A stretch of 52,904 nucleotides of DNA, taken from assembly GCA_046754105.1 (NCBI GenBank), contig JBHHVD010000006.1, positions 1 through 52,904 of the forward strand, given 5' to 3'. Positions 39,226-48,916 of the stretch are shown here, one piece after another. A program made the position numbers and the translations under genes. The notes beneath the pieces were generated by a model that was not told the origin of the DNA, made no database searches, and saw only the letters and a program-made list of their open reading frames with translations. Source of the DNA: Candidatus Krumholzibacteriia bacterium (GTDB lineage: Bacteria > Krumholzibacteriota > Krumholzibacteriia > WVZY01). Position 1 is the stretch's first letter. Every line of letters starts with the position of its first letter.

Positions 39226-39714
39226 CTACTTTTTTTCGGTCCCCCGGCTCCTGCGAAGGGCCTCGCTGACCGGTTGCGGCACCAGATCCGACACGTCTCC
39301 GCCCAGTAAGAACACCTCGCGCACGGTAGAGCTGTGCAGGTACACGTAGCGCGCGCTCGGCATGAGGAACACCGTCTCGAACAGGGGGTAGAGCTTGCGG
39401 TTCATCAGTGCCATCATCATTTCGTACTCAAAATCGGATACTGCGCGAAGACCGCGAATCACGACGTCAACCTGGAGCTTTTTGCACTGCTCGGCCAGCA
39501 GCCCCTCGAGAGTTACGACTTCCACGTTGTCCACCGCCCGGGCGCATTCCTCCACAAGCCGCTTGCGCTCGGCGAGCGAAAACGTGGCGTCCTTGTGTAC
39601 GCCGGGCGCGACGGCGATCGTCAGCGAGTCGAAGAGTTTCGAAGCACGTTCGATAATATCCAGGTGTCCGTTCGTGATGGGATCGAACGTGCCGGGGTAG
39701 AGCGCGCGGGTCAT
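39226..39714 (-). CDS. coaD: Phosphopantetheine adenylyltransferase
   Basis: YPGTFDPITNGHLDII, RGLRAVSDFEYE. Confidence 0.97.
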   Translation of the reverse strand: MTRALYPGTFDPITNGHLDIIERASKLFDSLTIAVAPGVHKDATFSLAERKRLVEECARAVDNVEVVTLEGLLAEQCKKLQVDVVIRGLRAVSDFEYEMMMALMNRKLYPLFETVFLMPSARYVYLHSSTVREVFLLGGDVSDLVPQPVSEALRRSRGTEKK

Positions 39715-40295
39715 AAGGCGTCTCCTTCCACGGGAACAAAGAAGCTGACGTTGGTGCGGCCGAACGTCTTGAGCCGGTTTCTCACGAAGCCTCGGGGCGC
39801 CGGCAGCTCGACGTCCTTGGGGTGCTCGAGCACGAGCACGCTACGCGGAGAATAGTCGATCCCGGTCAGAAACTCCAGCAAAACGGCCGCGTCGGTTGCG
39901 CCGTACGGTGGATCCGCGTATACGACGCCGGGCTGGATGCGTCGCGTCGCCGGCGTTCGCAGGAACTCCAGTACGTCCTGCGCGTGCACGCGAAAGCGGC
40001 GGGCGTCAATACCGCAACGTTCCAGATTCTCACGCAGGCAGGCCAGCGCACTCCGGTCCCGCTCGACGAAATGAACGCGGCCGGCGCCGCGGCTGATCGC
40101 TTCGATACCGACGCCCCCGGCGGCGGCGTAGAGATCGATGACGACCATCCCCGCCAGGTCGCCGCCCAGCGACTCGAACACGGACTCCTTCGTGCGTTGC
40201 ATCGTCGGCCGAACGGAGGCAGCGGCGGGGTACGTGAGCAGGCGGCCCCCGAGATCACCGGCGATTACACGTACCTGGTAGCTTCGTTTCGGCAT
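39711..40295 (-). CDS. rsmD: 16S rRNA m2G966 methyltransferase
   Basis: RVIAG..GGR, VRPT..R.KESVF, IEAISRGA, ADPPY; directly upstream of coaD. Confidence 0.92.
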   Translation of the reverse strand: MPKRSYQVRVIAGDLGGRLLTYPAAASVRPTMQRTKESVFESLGGDLAGMVVIDLYAAAGGVGIEAISRGAGRVHFVERDRSALACLRENLERCGIDARRFRVHAQDVLEFLRTPATRRIQPGVVYADPPYGATDAAVLLEFLTGIDYSPRSVLVLEHPKDVELPAPRGFVRNRLKTFGRTNVSFFVPVEGDAL

Positions 40296-40351
40296 CTTCT
40301 CGAAAACATTGGGGCGGCGGGCCGGGCGAACGGCCGTCTCCCGACCAGACT

Positions 40352-40393
40352 AAACGCAGAAAGGCGGCAGAGCAAGCTCTTTGCTCTGCCGCC
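40352..40393 (-). terminator. Intrinsic terminator after pilQ
   Basis: 13-bp perfect stem GGCGGCAGAGCAA/TTGCTCTGCCGCC, followed on the minus strand by TTTCTGCGTTT. Confidence 0.75.
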
Positions 40394-40430
40394 CTCACCT
40401 GTTGAGACCGGGTTACTGTCGCCTTCTCGG

Positions 40431-42641
40431 TTACTCGTCGAATCCCCCGTCCGTACCCATACCGGAATCCAGTCCCACTTCCACACCGACGTCGACGATG
40501 CGCGGCGTGACGAAGATGATCAATTCCCGCTTTTTCCTGGTCTTGCTGTTCAGTTTGAAGAGGTTGCCCACGAGCGGGATATCCTTGAGCAGGGGGACAC
40601 CATTCTCCAGAGAGCTTTCAACCTCGTTGATCAGGCCACCCATGACGGCGGTCTCACCGTTGGCGACGACCAACCGCGTGTCCGCCTCGCTCAGAGAGAT
40701 GATGACACCGCCCTGGACCGTCGCCTGCGCGCTCAACTCGCTGACCTCCGGGTGCAGATCCAGTGTGATGGAATTGTCCTTGTTCACGTGAGGCGTCACC
40801 CGCAGGATGATACCGACCTTCGTGAGCTCGGTGATCGGGTTACCGGCCTCGTCGGAGACGATGAGCGGTATCTCCTTACCCACGAGGATGTTCGCTTCGC
40901 GGTTGTCGGCTGTAACGATCCGCGGGTTAGAGATGATGTTGGCCCGGTTATCCCTTTCCAACAGGTCCACGATCGCCTGGATTTGTCCCCACGACTGAAC
41001 GGTACCCACCCGGAAGGTCCCCACGGGCGTCGTCGAACGGGCATCGATCACGGCGTCGCCGAGTGCGTTGAGCTTGCCAGAACTGAGATTGAGTGCGTCC
41101 CAGCGAATTCCCATTTCGCGACTGGCTTCGAAATCGACGTCCACCAGCTTGGCCACGATTTCAACCTGCCGCGTGCGCCGATCCAGCACTTTGACCATCT
41201 CTTCGATCTTCACGACCGCCTTTTCGATGTCATTTATGATGAGCGCGTTGTTGCCCTCCTCAACTTCTATGCTGCCGCGCTTGGTCTTGACTTCCTTCAG
41301 CGCTTTCTTGATTTCGCTGCCCTTCGCGAAACTCAGCGGCAGTATCCGGGTCACCAGAGGCAGGAGTTCGTCCTTCTTGCGATCCGCAGCCTGGAGCTCC
41401 AGCTCTTCCTTTGTCAGGTTCTCCATGGTCGAGACGCGTATGATGCCGTATTCCTCGCGCCACCCGAAGCCATGAGCTTTGAGAATCATATCGAGCGCCT
41501 GGCGCCACGGCACGTTTTTCAGATGGACGGTTACCTTGCCCTCGACCTCCGGTCCGGAGATGATGTTCGTGCCCGAGAACTCGGCCATGCTACGCAGCAC
41601 CGTTTTGATGCTCGCGTTCTGCACGTCGACCGTCATGTTCCGGTTGCGGACCAGCCCTGTCTGGAAGGCCCGTGCCCCCTGCGTGGCGTTAGCCGGCGCA
41701 CTGCTCATGCGGCCGCCGTCCGGTGCCTTGCTCCACGTGGTCGCCGTGGGGGTGCCAATCCTCTTTGCGGGTTTCGACGTCTCCAGCGGCCTGGCCGCGG
41801 TCTTCGTTGTGGCGTTGTTCGTGCCCGGAGGTGTCTGCATCCACGATGGCATGGCCGGTTTCGGCTGCGCCGGGTTGGCCGGTTTTGGGCTGGCGACGGT
41901 GTTGCCGGCAACGGTCGACTTCGTCGCGTCATCCTTCGCTGCCGGTTTGGCCGGCGCCGGATCCGTCGTGCCGGGCGGTGTCCACGAAGTGACCATCGAG
42001 CCCTTGGGTTTGTCATCGTTGTTGGCTCCACCATCGGCCTTCGGGGTCGCTGTGGTGGCGGGCCGGCTCCATGCCGGCGCCTTCGGCTTGCCCGCCGCTT
42101 GCGTCGCATCCTCGTCCGCGGCCTTGATCGTGTTCGGCGGCGACACCAGTTTTATGGCCTGAGCGGCTTCTACCATCCCGGCCGGACCGACGGAACTCTC
42201 CATCGTCTTCGGCTTGCGAACGGCCTGCGCACCGCCCTTCTTGAAGAAGCGAACGGTCACCGATTGACTCAAGTTGGATACCTCGTAAGAGACGCCATCC
42301 TCGAGATCGAAGACGATTCTCGTCACCTCATCCGGCTCGAAGCTGAACTGACTGCTTCTTACCCGCCGAACGAACTGCCCGTCCCCGTCAAACTTGTTGC
42401 CAGACAGATCGTGCTTCGCGCCCAGAAAATCCAGCACCAGCCGCGGTGGATCCTCCATAACGAAGTCCTGCACGTCGATGGCGCCCATCTTCGAGATGAC
42501 GAAGCTGGAAGACCCTGTGCTCTTTTCGACCTTGAGCGAATTGATGCTCGATGTGTCGCCCCTGACCGTGGTGCCGGCTGCCAGCACTGCCGCAAGGCCC
42601 ACGACCAGCACCGATCTGCGGATCATGAAGAGCTTTTTCAT
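40431..42641 (-). CDS. pilQ: Type IV pilus secretin PilQ
   Basis: AMIN domain (PPRLVLDF), N0 domain (VTVHLKNVPWRQALD), QVEIVAKLV, NPRIVT, VPLLKDIPLVGNLFK, ELIIFVTPRIV. Confidence 0.95.
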   Translation of the reverse strand: MKKLFMIRRSVLVVGLAAVLAAGTTVRGDTSSINSLKVEKSTGSSSFVISKMGAIDVQDFVMEDPPRLVLDFLGAKHDLSGNKFDGDGQFVRRVRSSQFSFEPDEVTRIVFDLEDGVSYEVSNLSQSVTVRFFKKGGAQAVRKPKTMESSVGPAGMVEAAQAIKLVSPPNTIKAADEDATQAAGKPKAPAWSRPATTATPKADGGANNDDKPKGSMVTSWTPPGTTDPAPAKPAAKDDATKSTVAGNTVASPKPANPAQPKPAMPSWMQTPPGTNNATTKTAARPLETSKPAKRIGTPTATTWSKAPDGGRMSSAPANATQGARAFQTGLVRNRNMTVDVQNASIKTVLRSMAEFSGTNIISGPEVEGKVTVHLKNVPWRQALDMILKAHGFGWREEYGIIRVSTMENLTKEELELQAADRKKDELLPLVTRILPLSFAKGSEIKKALKEVKTKRGSIEVEEGNNALIINDIEKAVVKIEEMVKVLDRRTRQVEIVAKLVDVDFEASREMGIRWDALNLSSGKLNALGDAVIDARSTTPVGTFRVGTVQSWGQIQAIVDLLERDNRANIISNPRIVTADNREANILVGKEIPLIVSDEAGNPITELTKVGIILRVTPHVNKDNSITLDLHPEVSELSAQATVQGGVIISLSEADTRLVVANGETAVMGGLINEVESSLENGVPLLKDIPLVGNLFKLNSKTRKKRELIIFVTPRIVDVGVEVGLDSGMGTDGGFDE

Positions 42642-43099
42642 TTTCTCTCTCCTTCTTCTCGTTTGGCGAGGTGCAGAGTCAACTTTCTCGTCTGCCCAAA
42701 ATTCGTCACCCTGGCTACCATCGATCTATCGCCTATTGCGACTACGGAACCGTTCTTTACGCGATCACCAATTCTCAGGATGTAACTGAATCCCTTGTCG
42801 TCCTCTAGAAGCGCAAACCGATCCAATTCACCCCTGACGACGCCCACGAGCTGAACGCGTCCCAGCTCGATAGGTGTCATTTTCTTTTCACTGACAAACT
42901 CACCCCGTACCAGAGAGGAGAACGGGTCTCTTCGATTAAATGCACTATAGTAGAAGCTGTTTTCCCGGATGCTCGTTTTCGTTCTTTTTTTCTTGGCGGT
43001 TTCGGCGCGCAGCGCGGGGTCCTGCGCCCCGAGAACCAAAAGGGCGACAGCGGCCGCGATCAAGCTCATCAGCGCCTGTCTATTCGGCATCGGTCTCAT
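42638..43099 (-). CDS. pilP: Type IV pilus assembly protein PilP-like
   Basis: Y..RRDPF motif and LVGVV..ALLED..GD; lies between pilO and pilQ. Confidence 0.8.
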   Translation of the reverse strand: MRPMPNRQALMSLIAAAVALLVLGAQDPALRAETAKKKRTKTSIRENSFYYSAFNRRDPFSSLVRGEFVSEKKMTPIELGRVQLVGVVRGELDRFALLEDDKGFSYILRIGDRVKNGSVVAIGDRSMVARVTNFGQTRKLTLHLAKREEGERK

Positions 43100-43691
43100 C
43101 TCCAGCTCCTTTGATCAGCGTGTGCGCCGTGAGTGTGAAGCTCGCCACGACGGTGTGCCTGCTGTCATCCTGCCGCCTGCCCCCGCGGGCCCCTTTGGCG
43201 GTGGTCACATCCAAACTCGAAACGTTGATGATCCGATCCATGTTGGCCAAACGGCTGAGGAAGATGCCCAGCTGGTGGTACCCGCCGCGAACCTTGATCT
43301 TTACGGGGTGGGCTTTGTAATCGGTTTTGATTTCGACGGGCGTGGGTTGAAAGAGCATGAATTCCACACCGGCCTTGTTTCCGGCCGTCGTTACCTTTCG
43401 AAGCAGATCCGGCATCTCGTGTTCCTCGGGCAGCAGCTCACGCGCGTCCAGCCACTGTTCGTGCAGCCTGTCATACTCCGCCTCCAATTGCGCGAGTCTG
43501 CCCACGGTTTTCCTGGCCTTTTCGAGGTCCGCGTTCAGCTTGGAGTACTCTTGCTCGAGAGTCGTGATGCGCGCTTTGCGTACCTGGTATCCGAAGGGCA
43601 GCACCGTCGTGCCGAAGTAGACGTAGCTCAACAGCCCGACGACCACCACTCCCAGTAGAATCTTCACCACTTTTGGATCTTTCAAATTCAT
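43080..43691 (-). CDS. pilO: Type IV pilus assembly protein PilO
   Basis: TM helix, coiled coil, LLP..EMPDLL, GGYHQLG.FL..LANMDRIINV. Confidence 0.93.
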   Translation of the reverse strand: MNLKDPKVVKILLGVVVVGLLSYVYFGTTVLPFGYQVRKARITTLEQEYSKLNADLEKARKTVGRLAQLEAEYDRLHEQWLDARELLPEEHEMPDLLRKVTTAGNKAGVEFMLFQPTPVEIKTDYKAHPVKIKVRGGYHQLGIFLSRLANMDRIINVSSLDVTTAKGARGGRRQDDSRHTVVASFTLTAHTLIKGAGDETDAE

Positions 43692-43731
43692 GACAAGCCT
43701 TTCGTCATTCCCCGATTGGCGATTCGATTCA

Positions 43732-44301
43732 TCATCGTGATGTCATTCTTGATTGTAGATTGAACTTGACCACGCTTTGTTCCAGCACGCGTCCCTCCTG
43801 CGCGATGGTCAGATCGATCTGATTGAAACGATCCGACTTACCGAGATTGTTCATCAGGTCGGCGATTATGTAGTTCGAGAAGGTAATGCCCTCGATCGCC
43901 AGCGAGGTAGGTGACTGCTCCCTTACCGACGTCAACCAGCAGTTTGCCGGCAACTTCTTGCTGATGTCGTTCAGAACCTGGACCCGGTAGTATCGATCCC
44001 TGTCCAGCGCCGCGATGACACCCAAACGCTTGTTTACCTCTTCCCTTTCCTTGGTGAGCTTGCGAATTCTTTCCAGCTGGGGAGCAAGCTCCGCCGCCTC
44101 TTTGCGCGCCTCGGCTACCTTGTGCTCCAGGTCCTTGATCCTTCTTGCCTGCAGCGTCGCCATGGCTACCACCATACCGGCGTAGAGCCCGACGATGACC
44201 AGGCCCCAAATGGCCAGGGTGCCGCTGCCGGAGAACGATGGCAGGGACAAGCGCCGTTTCGTCTGCCGTTCCGACACGGGGAGCAGATTGATCTTAATCA
44301 T
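43732..44301 (-). CDS. pilN: Type IV pilus assembly protein PilN
   Basis: MIKINLLP motif, TM helix, coiled coil, LP..CWLTS. Confidence 0.93.
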   Translation of the reverse strand: MIKINLLPVSERQTKRRLSLPSFSGSGTLAIWGLVIVGLYAGMVVAMATLQARRIKDLEHKVAEARKEAAELAPQLERIRKLTKEREEVNKRLGVIAALDRDRYYRVQVLNDISKKLPANCWLTSVREQSPTSLAIEGITFSNYIIADLMNNLGKSDRFNQIDLTIAQEGRVLEQSVVKFNLQSRMTSR

Positions 44302-45365
44302 TAGTCGTCCTCCCTTCTAAGGGCCAGGCCAAGTGAGACGGTAAGCAACGGCGCGACTTTGTCGAGTTCGTCGACGGTGTTCGACATCAAATCTCCGTCC
44401 TGCTGAATGCTGGATACCGAGCTATTCAGCTTGAATTCGATGTTGTGCTTTTCACCGAGGATTTCCTGCAGCCAGGGGATACGGGCACCGCCACCGCTCA
44501 GAACGACCTCGTCCAGCTGTTCGGCGTCACCGGCAGTCTTCAGGAATGAAACCGATCGTTCGATACCCATCGACAGGTCCTCGCAGGTGTCGGCGATGAT
44601 CGTGCGGACCTTCTCGCCATCGTCCTCCACGTCACTCTCGCCGCTGATCATCATTTCCGCTTCTTCAAAACTCGCGCCCATCTCCCGCTGCAAGGCCTCG
44701 ATAAACATGCTGCTACCGATGCTGAGGTCCCTGGTAAAAAGCGGGATGTTGTCCTGGACGATGTTAATGTTGGTAACGTCGGACCCGATATTGATCAGGC
44801 CGGTGACACCCGCCCATACCTCGCCGACGCTCATGCCGTAGGCGTTCTGTACCGCGAACGAATCCACGTCGATGATCACCGGCTCGAAACCGGCGTCACG
44901 GATTAGCTCCGCGTGTGTGTTGACCATTTCCTTCTTCGCTGCAACCAGCAGGATCTCCATCTGGTTGGCTCCGACGTCTTCCTTGAGCACTTCGAAATCG
45001 AGACACACGTCGTCGATATCGAACGGGACGTGCTGTTCTGCTTCCCAAAAGATCGCTTCTTTGGCGTCGTCGGGGTTCATCTTGTCCATGACGACTTTCT
45101 TGACGATGACGGCGCGCCCCGAAACGGCCGAGATGACGTCTTTCTTTTCAATATTCGCCTTGGCCATACATTCCTGGATCCCCTCGATCACGAGGCTCCG
45201 GTCCATGATCTCGCCCTCGACGATCGCTTCCGGCGGCAGCTTGATGACGCCGTACTTGGTCAGAGTCGGCAGGTCTTTGGAATGATCGATCTCGACGATC
45301 TTTATCAGACTCGACCCGATGTCGAGACCAACCGACGACTTGCTCTTCTTGGAAAACAGCTTCAT
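44301..45365 (-). CDS. pilM: Type IV pilus assembly protein PilM
   Basis: VGLDIGSSLIK, EAEQHVPF, LLVAAKK, LSGGGA, SLGLALR. Confidence 0.95.
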   Translation of the reverse strand: MKLFSKKSKSSVGLDIGSSLIKIVEIDHSKDLPTLTKYGVIKLPPEAIVEGEIMDRSLVIEGIQECMAKANIEKKDVISAVSGRAVIVKKVVMDKMNPDDAKEAIFWEAEQHVPFDIDDVCLDFEVLKEDVGANQMEILLVAAKKEMVNTHAELIRDAGFEPVIIDVDSFAVQNAYGMSVGEVWAGVTGLINIGSDVTNINIVQDNIPLFTRDLSIGSSMFIEALQREMGASFEEAEMMISGESDVEDDGEKVRTIIADTCEDLSMGIERSVSFLKTAGDAEQLDEVVLSGGGARIPWLQEILGEKHNIEFKLNSSVSSIQQDGDLMSNTVDELDKVAPLLTVSLGLALRREDD

Positions 45366-45506
45366 TTCTTACACCAGCCTTCTCTGGAGGAAGTTCGCTC
45401 CGTATGTGGTGTTGCAACCCCCGGGGACTCCAGTTGAAGGGGACCCGTATTCCCGGCAAAGCGGGCACGAAACCCCCGGCTTTCTTTGACCTTGCCACCG
45501 GCTGTT

Positions 45507-45522
45507 CGCAACAAATATGCCA
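45507..45522 (-). promoter_or_regulatory. Putative sigma54 promoter for pilMNOPQ
   Basis: Minus strand TGGCATATTTGTTGCG; IHF-like TAATCTATTGTCA at 45548-45560 upstream. Confidence 0.75.
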
Positions 45523-45654
45523 TTTAACGCGCCGCCACGAAGCGACGTAATCTATTGTCATTACAACGGGTTAGGCACAGACGTGTCCGGCGCGGGCGGC
45601 ACCGTCCCGCCGTTGCAAACTGCACAATGCAATTATCGCAAAAGGAGTTGCGCG

Positions 45655-46419
45655 CTACCGGCCCAGATAGAGCGCCCACAGGCGGGCACCGAACACGAAT
45701 ACGACGGTGGCCGCCGGAGCCAGGAAGGAACCGAATGCGACCGCGGTCTTGCCGTCCCCGCCCTTGCGCATCAGATAGATGCCGTATACCGACCCCACGA
45801 AGGACGCCAGGAACAGAACCGGAAAAATCATCTTCCAGCCGACGAACGCGCCGATCATGGCCATCAGCTTGACGTCCCCGCCCCCCATGCCATCGGCCTT
45901 TCGTAACGCCTTGTAAGTCAACGCGATGGCTAGAATCAACCCCCCTCCGGCGAGGGACCCGATCATCGACTCGACGAGGTTGAGGTCGAGGCACACCACC
46001 GCTCCCGCCCACCCGAATACGACGCCCCCCAGCGAGAGGACATCCGGGATGATCCGGTGGGACCAGTCGACGACGGTGACCACGAGCAGCGTCGAGAGAA
46101 AACCGTAGATCCAGACGCTTTGCAGGGAGAGCCCATAATGGTAGAAGACGAGGGCGGCAATGATTGCCGAGACCAGCTCGACCGCCGGATACCGTACCGG
46201 AATCGCCGCCGTGCACCGCCTGCAGCGGCCTGCGAGTGTTAGATAACTCACCAGGGGGATGTTGTCGAACCAGCGTATCACTGCCCGGCAGCGCGGACAC
46301 CGCGACCGGCCCACGACCACCGACTCTCCGCGTGGAAGGCGGTAGATGACGACGTTCAGGAAACTCCCCAGGAGAAGCCCGAATACGGTTGCGGTACCGA
46401 TGGCAAGCGGATCAGTCAT
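45655..46419 (-). CDS. pilD: Prepilin peptidase
   Basis: GSFLNVVIYRLP, SRCPRC..DNIPLVSY..GRCRRC, GMGGGDVKL, FGSFL. Confidence 0.96.
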   Translation of the reverse strand: MTDPLAIGTATVFGLLLGSFLNVVIYRLPRGESVVVGRSRCPRCRAVIRWFDNIPLVSYLTLAGRCRRCTAAIPVRYPAVELVSAIIAALVFYHYGLSLQSVWIYGFLSTLLVVTVVDWSHRIIPDVLSLGGVVFGWAGAVVCLDLNLVESMIGSLAGGGLILAIALTYKALRKADGMGGGDVKLMAMIGAFVGWKMIFPVLFLASFVGSVYGIYLMRKGGDGKTAVAFGSFLAPAATVVFVFGARLWALYLGR

Positions 46420-47107
46420 TTTCTTCGGGATGTCCTCGCAGCGGCATGCCGTGTTTGATCTTGTCGATGTAGTGTCCGGCGAGTTCCTTTAACAACGGAT
46501 CATCGGTGTAATCCATGTACTCTTCCCATAAGCGCACCGCCGAGCCGTGGCGGTCGGCCCGCGAATACGCGAAGGCCGCGAATCGCTGGACATACTCCGG
46601 CGCGTCCGGCATGCGGGCTGCAAGGTTGAGGTAGCGTCCGGCCAACTCGAAGTCCACCTGGTTCACATAGCTCAAGAAACCGATCTCGAACGGCAGCCGC
46701 CAGCAGCTGGGATTCTGCGCCATACCACCCTTGAGGATATCGACGCCGGTTTGCAGGTTGCCGACGTCTTCCGACACGACCAGTGCCCCGAAAACGTAGG
46801 CGAAGATGAAGTGTGGATCCAGTGTCGTCACAATGTCTATCAGCCCCTTGAAGTAGGCGAGACTGTGGTTGCCTTGCCGGTAGTCACCGTAGTACTGGAT
46901 CGCCGAGAGCCACACCATGTCGGCCGCGATCTGCTTGTAGTCCAGGGCGAGCTGGCGGACGAATTTTCCCGACGGCAAATAGAGCGTCTCGTGCAGGTAG
47001 GGCCGGTACCGGTAGGGCTGCACGCGGGCCGTCGTCCACACCAGCCCCGCCAGAAACAAGACTCCCGCCAGGTAGAACGATGCCCTTCGCAAGTGATGGG
47101 ATCTCAT
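46412..47107 (-). CDS. Membrane-anchored TPR-like protein of the pilin-linked ABC system (XapA/PilG-like)
   Basis: N-terminal TM helix, AADMVWL.AIQYYG, TTLDPHF..AY, WRLPFEIGF. Start set at ATG 47107, overlapping the permease stop. Confidence 0.7.
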   Translation of the reverse strand: MRSHHLRRASFYLAGVLFLAGLVWTTARVQPYRYRPYLHETLYLPSGKFVRQLALDYKQIAADMVWLSAIQYYGDYRQGNHSLAYFKGLIDIVTTLDPHFIFAYVFGALVVSEDVGNLQTGVDILKGGMAQNPSCWRLPFEIGFLSYVNQVDFELAGRYLNLAARMPDAPEYVQRFAAFAYSRADRHGSAVRLWEEYMDYTDDPLLKELAGHYIDKIKHGMPLRGHPEEND

Positions 47108-47895
47108 CACACGATGTCCTTGCGCCGGACGATGAACGAACTGACGAACAGCAGGAACAGGGTGTAGAAGCCCGCGTACATCGTCACCGAAGAGCTGTAG
47201 CCCTCGAGCAGGGGCAGGCCGTGGACCGCTTCGGATCGTATGTTCAAGAGAGAGAGGTTCGGCAGGACATAGAAGCCGCCGGCAGCCAGAAGCCGGAAAG
47301 CCGTATTGCCAAAGTGCTCGGCGAACCCGAACAGGTCTTTGCTCAGGTGGCCGGCGATAAAAACACACAGGGTAAAGAAGGAACTGAGCAACGGTGAAGT
47401 GAAGGACGAGAAAAAGGTCATCACTGCTGTCAACAGGGCGACTTCGATGATGGACAGGTACATGGCCAGAAACATCGTCGTATTGAGCGCGTTGCGGCTC
47501 AGCGCCATGGCGAGAAGATAGACGCATCCCATAAACACCATCACCGTCGATATAGCGATCGTCGTGCCGAGGTATTTGCCGACGACGAAATCGACCCGGC
47601 TGATCGGTTTCGCGAGCAGACTCGGCAGAATCCCCTTCTCCCTTTCGCGCGAGTAGGAACTGGCCCCGAGCAGGATCACGAGCAGAACCCCGAGCAGTGA
47701 GATCGACGCCAGCCCGATATCGACGATGATCTTTTTCTGCGCGCCAACGGCGAGCGGCGCCAGCACGTAGGAGGAGATCATCAGGATGAAGGCGAAGGCC
47801 ACAACGACCAGCAGCACTCGTTCCTTGATGTAGCCGAGTACCGTGAAACGGGCGATGGTCAACATGGGGGCGGCGCGGTTACCGATGATGGGCAT
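47107..47895 (-). CDS. ABC transporter permease (PilI/XapB-like)
   Basis: Several TM helices, DIGLA, LLAKPISR..FVVGKYLG, LPNL, FIVRRKD. Confidence 0.85.
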   Translation of the reverse strand: MPIIGNRAAPMLTIARFTVLGYIKERVLLVVVAFAFILMISSYVLAPLAVGAQKKIIVDIGLASISLLGVLLVILLGASSYSREREKGILPSLLAKPISRVDFVVGKYLGTTIAISTVMVFMGCVYLLAMALSRNALNTTMFLAMYLSIIEVALLTAVMTFFSSFTSPLLSSFFTLCVFIAGHLSKDLFGFAEHFGNTAFRLLAAGGFYVLPNLSLLNIRSEAVHGLPLLEGYSSSVTMYAGFYTLFLLFVSSFIVRRKDIV

Positions 47896-48862
47896 AAGGC
47901 CTGTCCTTGGTTTGTACCGGGGCCGCTTCGACCGCCGCCGGTGGTTCGCTGGTGAGCGCCTCGAAAAGGTAATCCTCGAGGTTGAACTTGAGCGGTTTTA
48001 CCTCCAGCACCTCTCCCCCCAACTCGTAGGTCCTGGAGATCACCGCGCGGACCGTCTCGCGACCGCGGCAGCGCAGCACCAGCGCGCGGTCGTGGTGATA
48101 CACTTTCTCCATTTCGGAGGCCCCTTCGAAGTCCGCCGGATCCACACCCGAGACCGTCACCTCGACGCTGCTCGATTTCTCCCGGAAGATGTGGTCGAGG
48201 GCGAGGCATTTCGAGACGTGCCCGTCCCTCAGTATACCGACGCGGTCGCACACCGCTTCGACGTCGGGGACGATGTGCGAGCTGAGCAGGATGGTCTTGC
48301 CGCGCTCCTTCAAGCCGAGCAAGAGCCGCCGCACCTGCCGGCGGCCGATCGGGTCGAGCCCGCTGTACGGTTCGTCCAGTATCAGGAACTCGGGGTCGCC
48401 GAGGATCGTAAGGGCGATCGCCAGCCGCTGCCGCATTCCTTTCGAGTATTTCTTGATTCGGATCCGGGAGTGTGCCTCGAGACCGGCACCGGCGAGGAGC
48501 TCGCGCTGCCGGTCCTTCAACACGGCCGGGTTCATACCGAGCAACTGCCCGGTGAGCTGCATCATCTCGCGCGCGTTGAAGTGGGGGTAGAGACCGTTCT
48601 CGTCGCCCAGGAAACCGATCCTGGCCCGGCTCGCGCGGGAGGCTCCCTCGCCGCCAAAGAGACTGATACGACCCGCGTCGGGACGCAACAGCCCCAGGAT
48701 GACCCGCATCGTCGTACTCTTGCCCGCACCGTTGTGTCCCAGGAGGCCGAACACTTCACCCCGCTCGATGCGCAGGGAAAGTCCGGTCAGCACGGAGAGC
48801 TTCCGCCCCCAGAATCCTCGCGAGAAAGACTTCGAGATATTTTCCAGTTCGAGTACAGCCAT
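47879..48862 (-). CDS. ABC transporter ATP-binding protein (PilH/XapD-like)
   Basis: GHNGAGKST, YSKGMRQR, LILDEPYSGLDPIGR, SSH. Start set at ATG 48862. Confidence 0.92.
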   Translation of the reverse strand: MAVLELENISKSFSRGFWGRKLSVLTGLSLRIERGEVFGLLGHNGAGKSTTMRVILGLLRPDAGRISLFGGEGASRASRARIGFLGDENGLYPHFNAREMMQLTGQLLGMNPAVLKDRQRELLAGAGLEAHSRIRIKKYSKGMRQRLAIALTILGDPEFLILDEPYSGLDPIGRRQVRRLLLGLKERGKTILLSSHIVPDVEAVCDRVGILRDGHVSKCLALDHIFREKSSSVEVTVSGVDPADFEGASEMEKVYHHDRALVLRCRGRETVRAVISRTYELGGEVLEVKPLKFNLEDYLFEALTSEPPAAVEAAPVQTKDRPYAHHR

Positions 48863-48916
48863 GTCTATTGGGTGTGGCGGATTAGTTGCCAGCTTCAAGG
48901 CACCTGCAGCCCTTTT

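Noticed and set aside
39822..42785. 987-aa plus-strand ORF, and other long antisense ORFs such as 279..2531, 7839..9236, 19107..20573, 35750..37408 and 36912..38276
   Set aside because: They shadow well-supported minus-strand genes, have no recognisable motifs, and are expected from high-GC codon bias.
45366..45500. Cyclic-dinucleotide (GEMM) riboswitch in the pilM leader
   Set aside because: The GGCAAA and GAAA fragments do not form the GEMM architecture on the coding strand; an Rfam scan would settle it.
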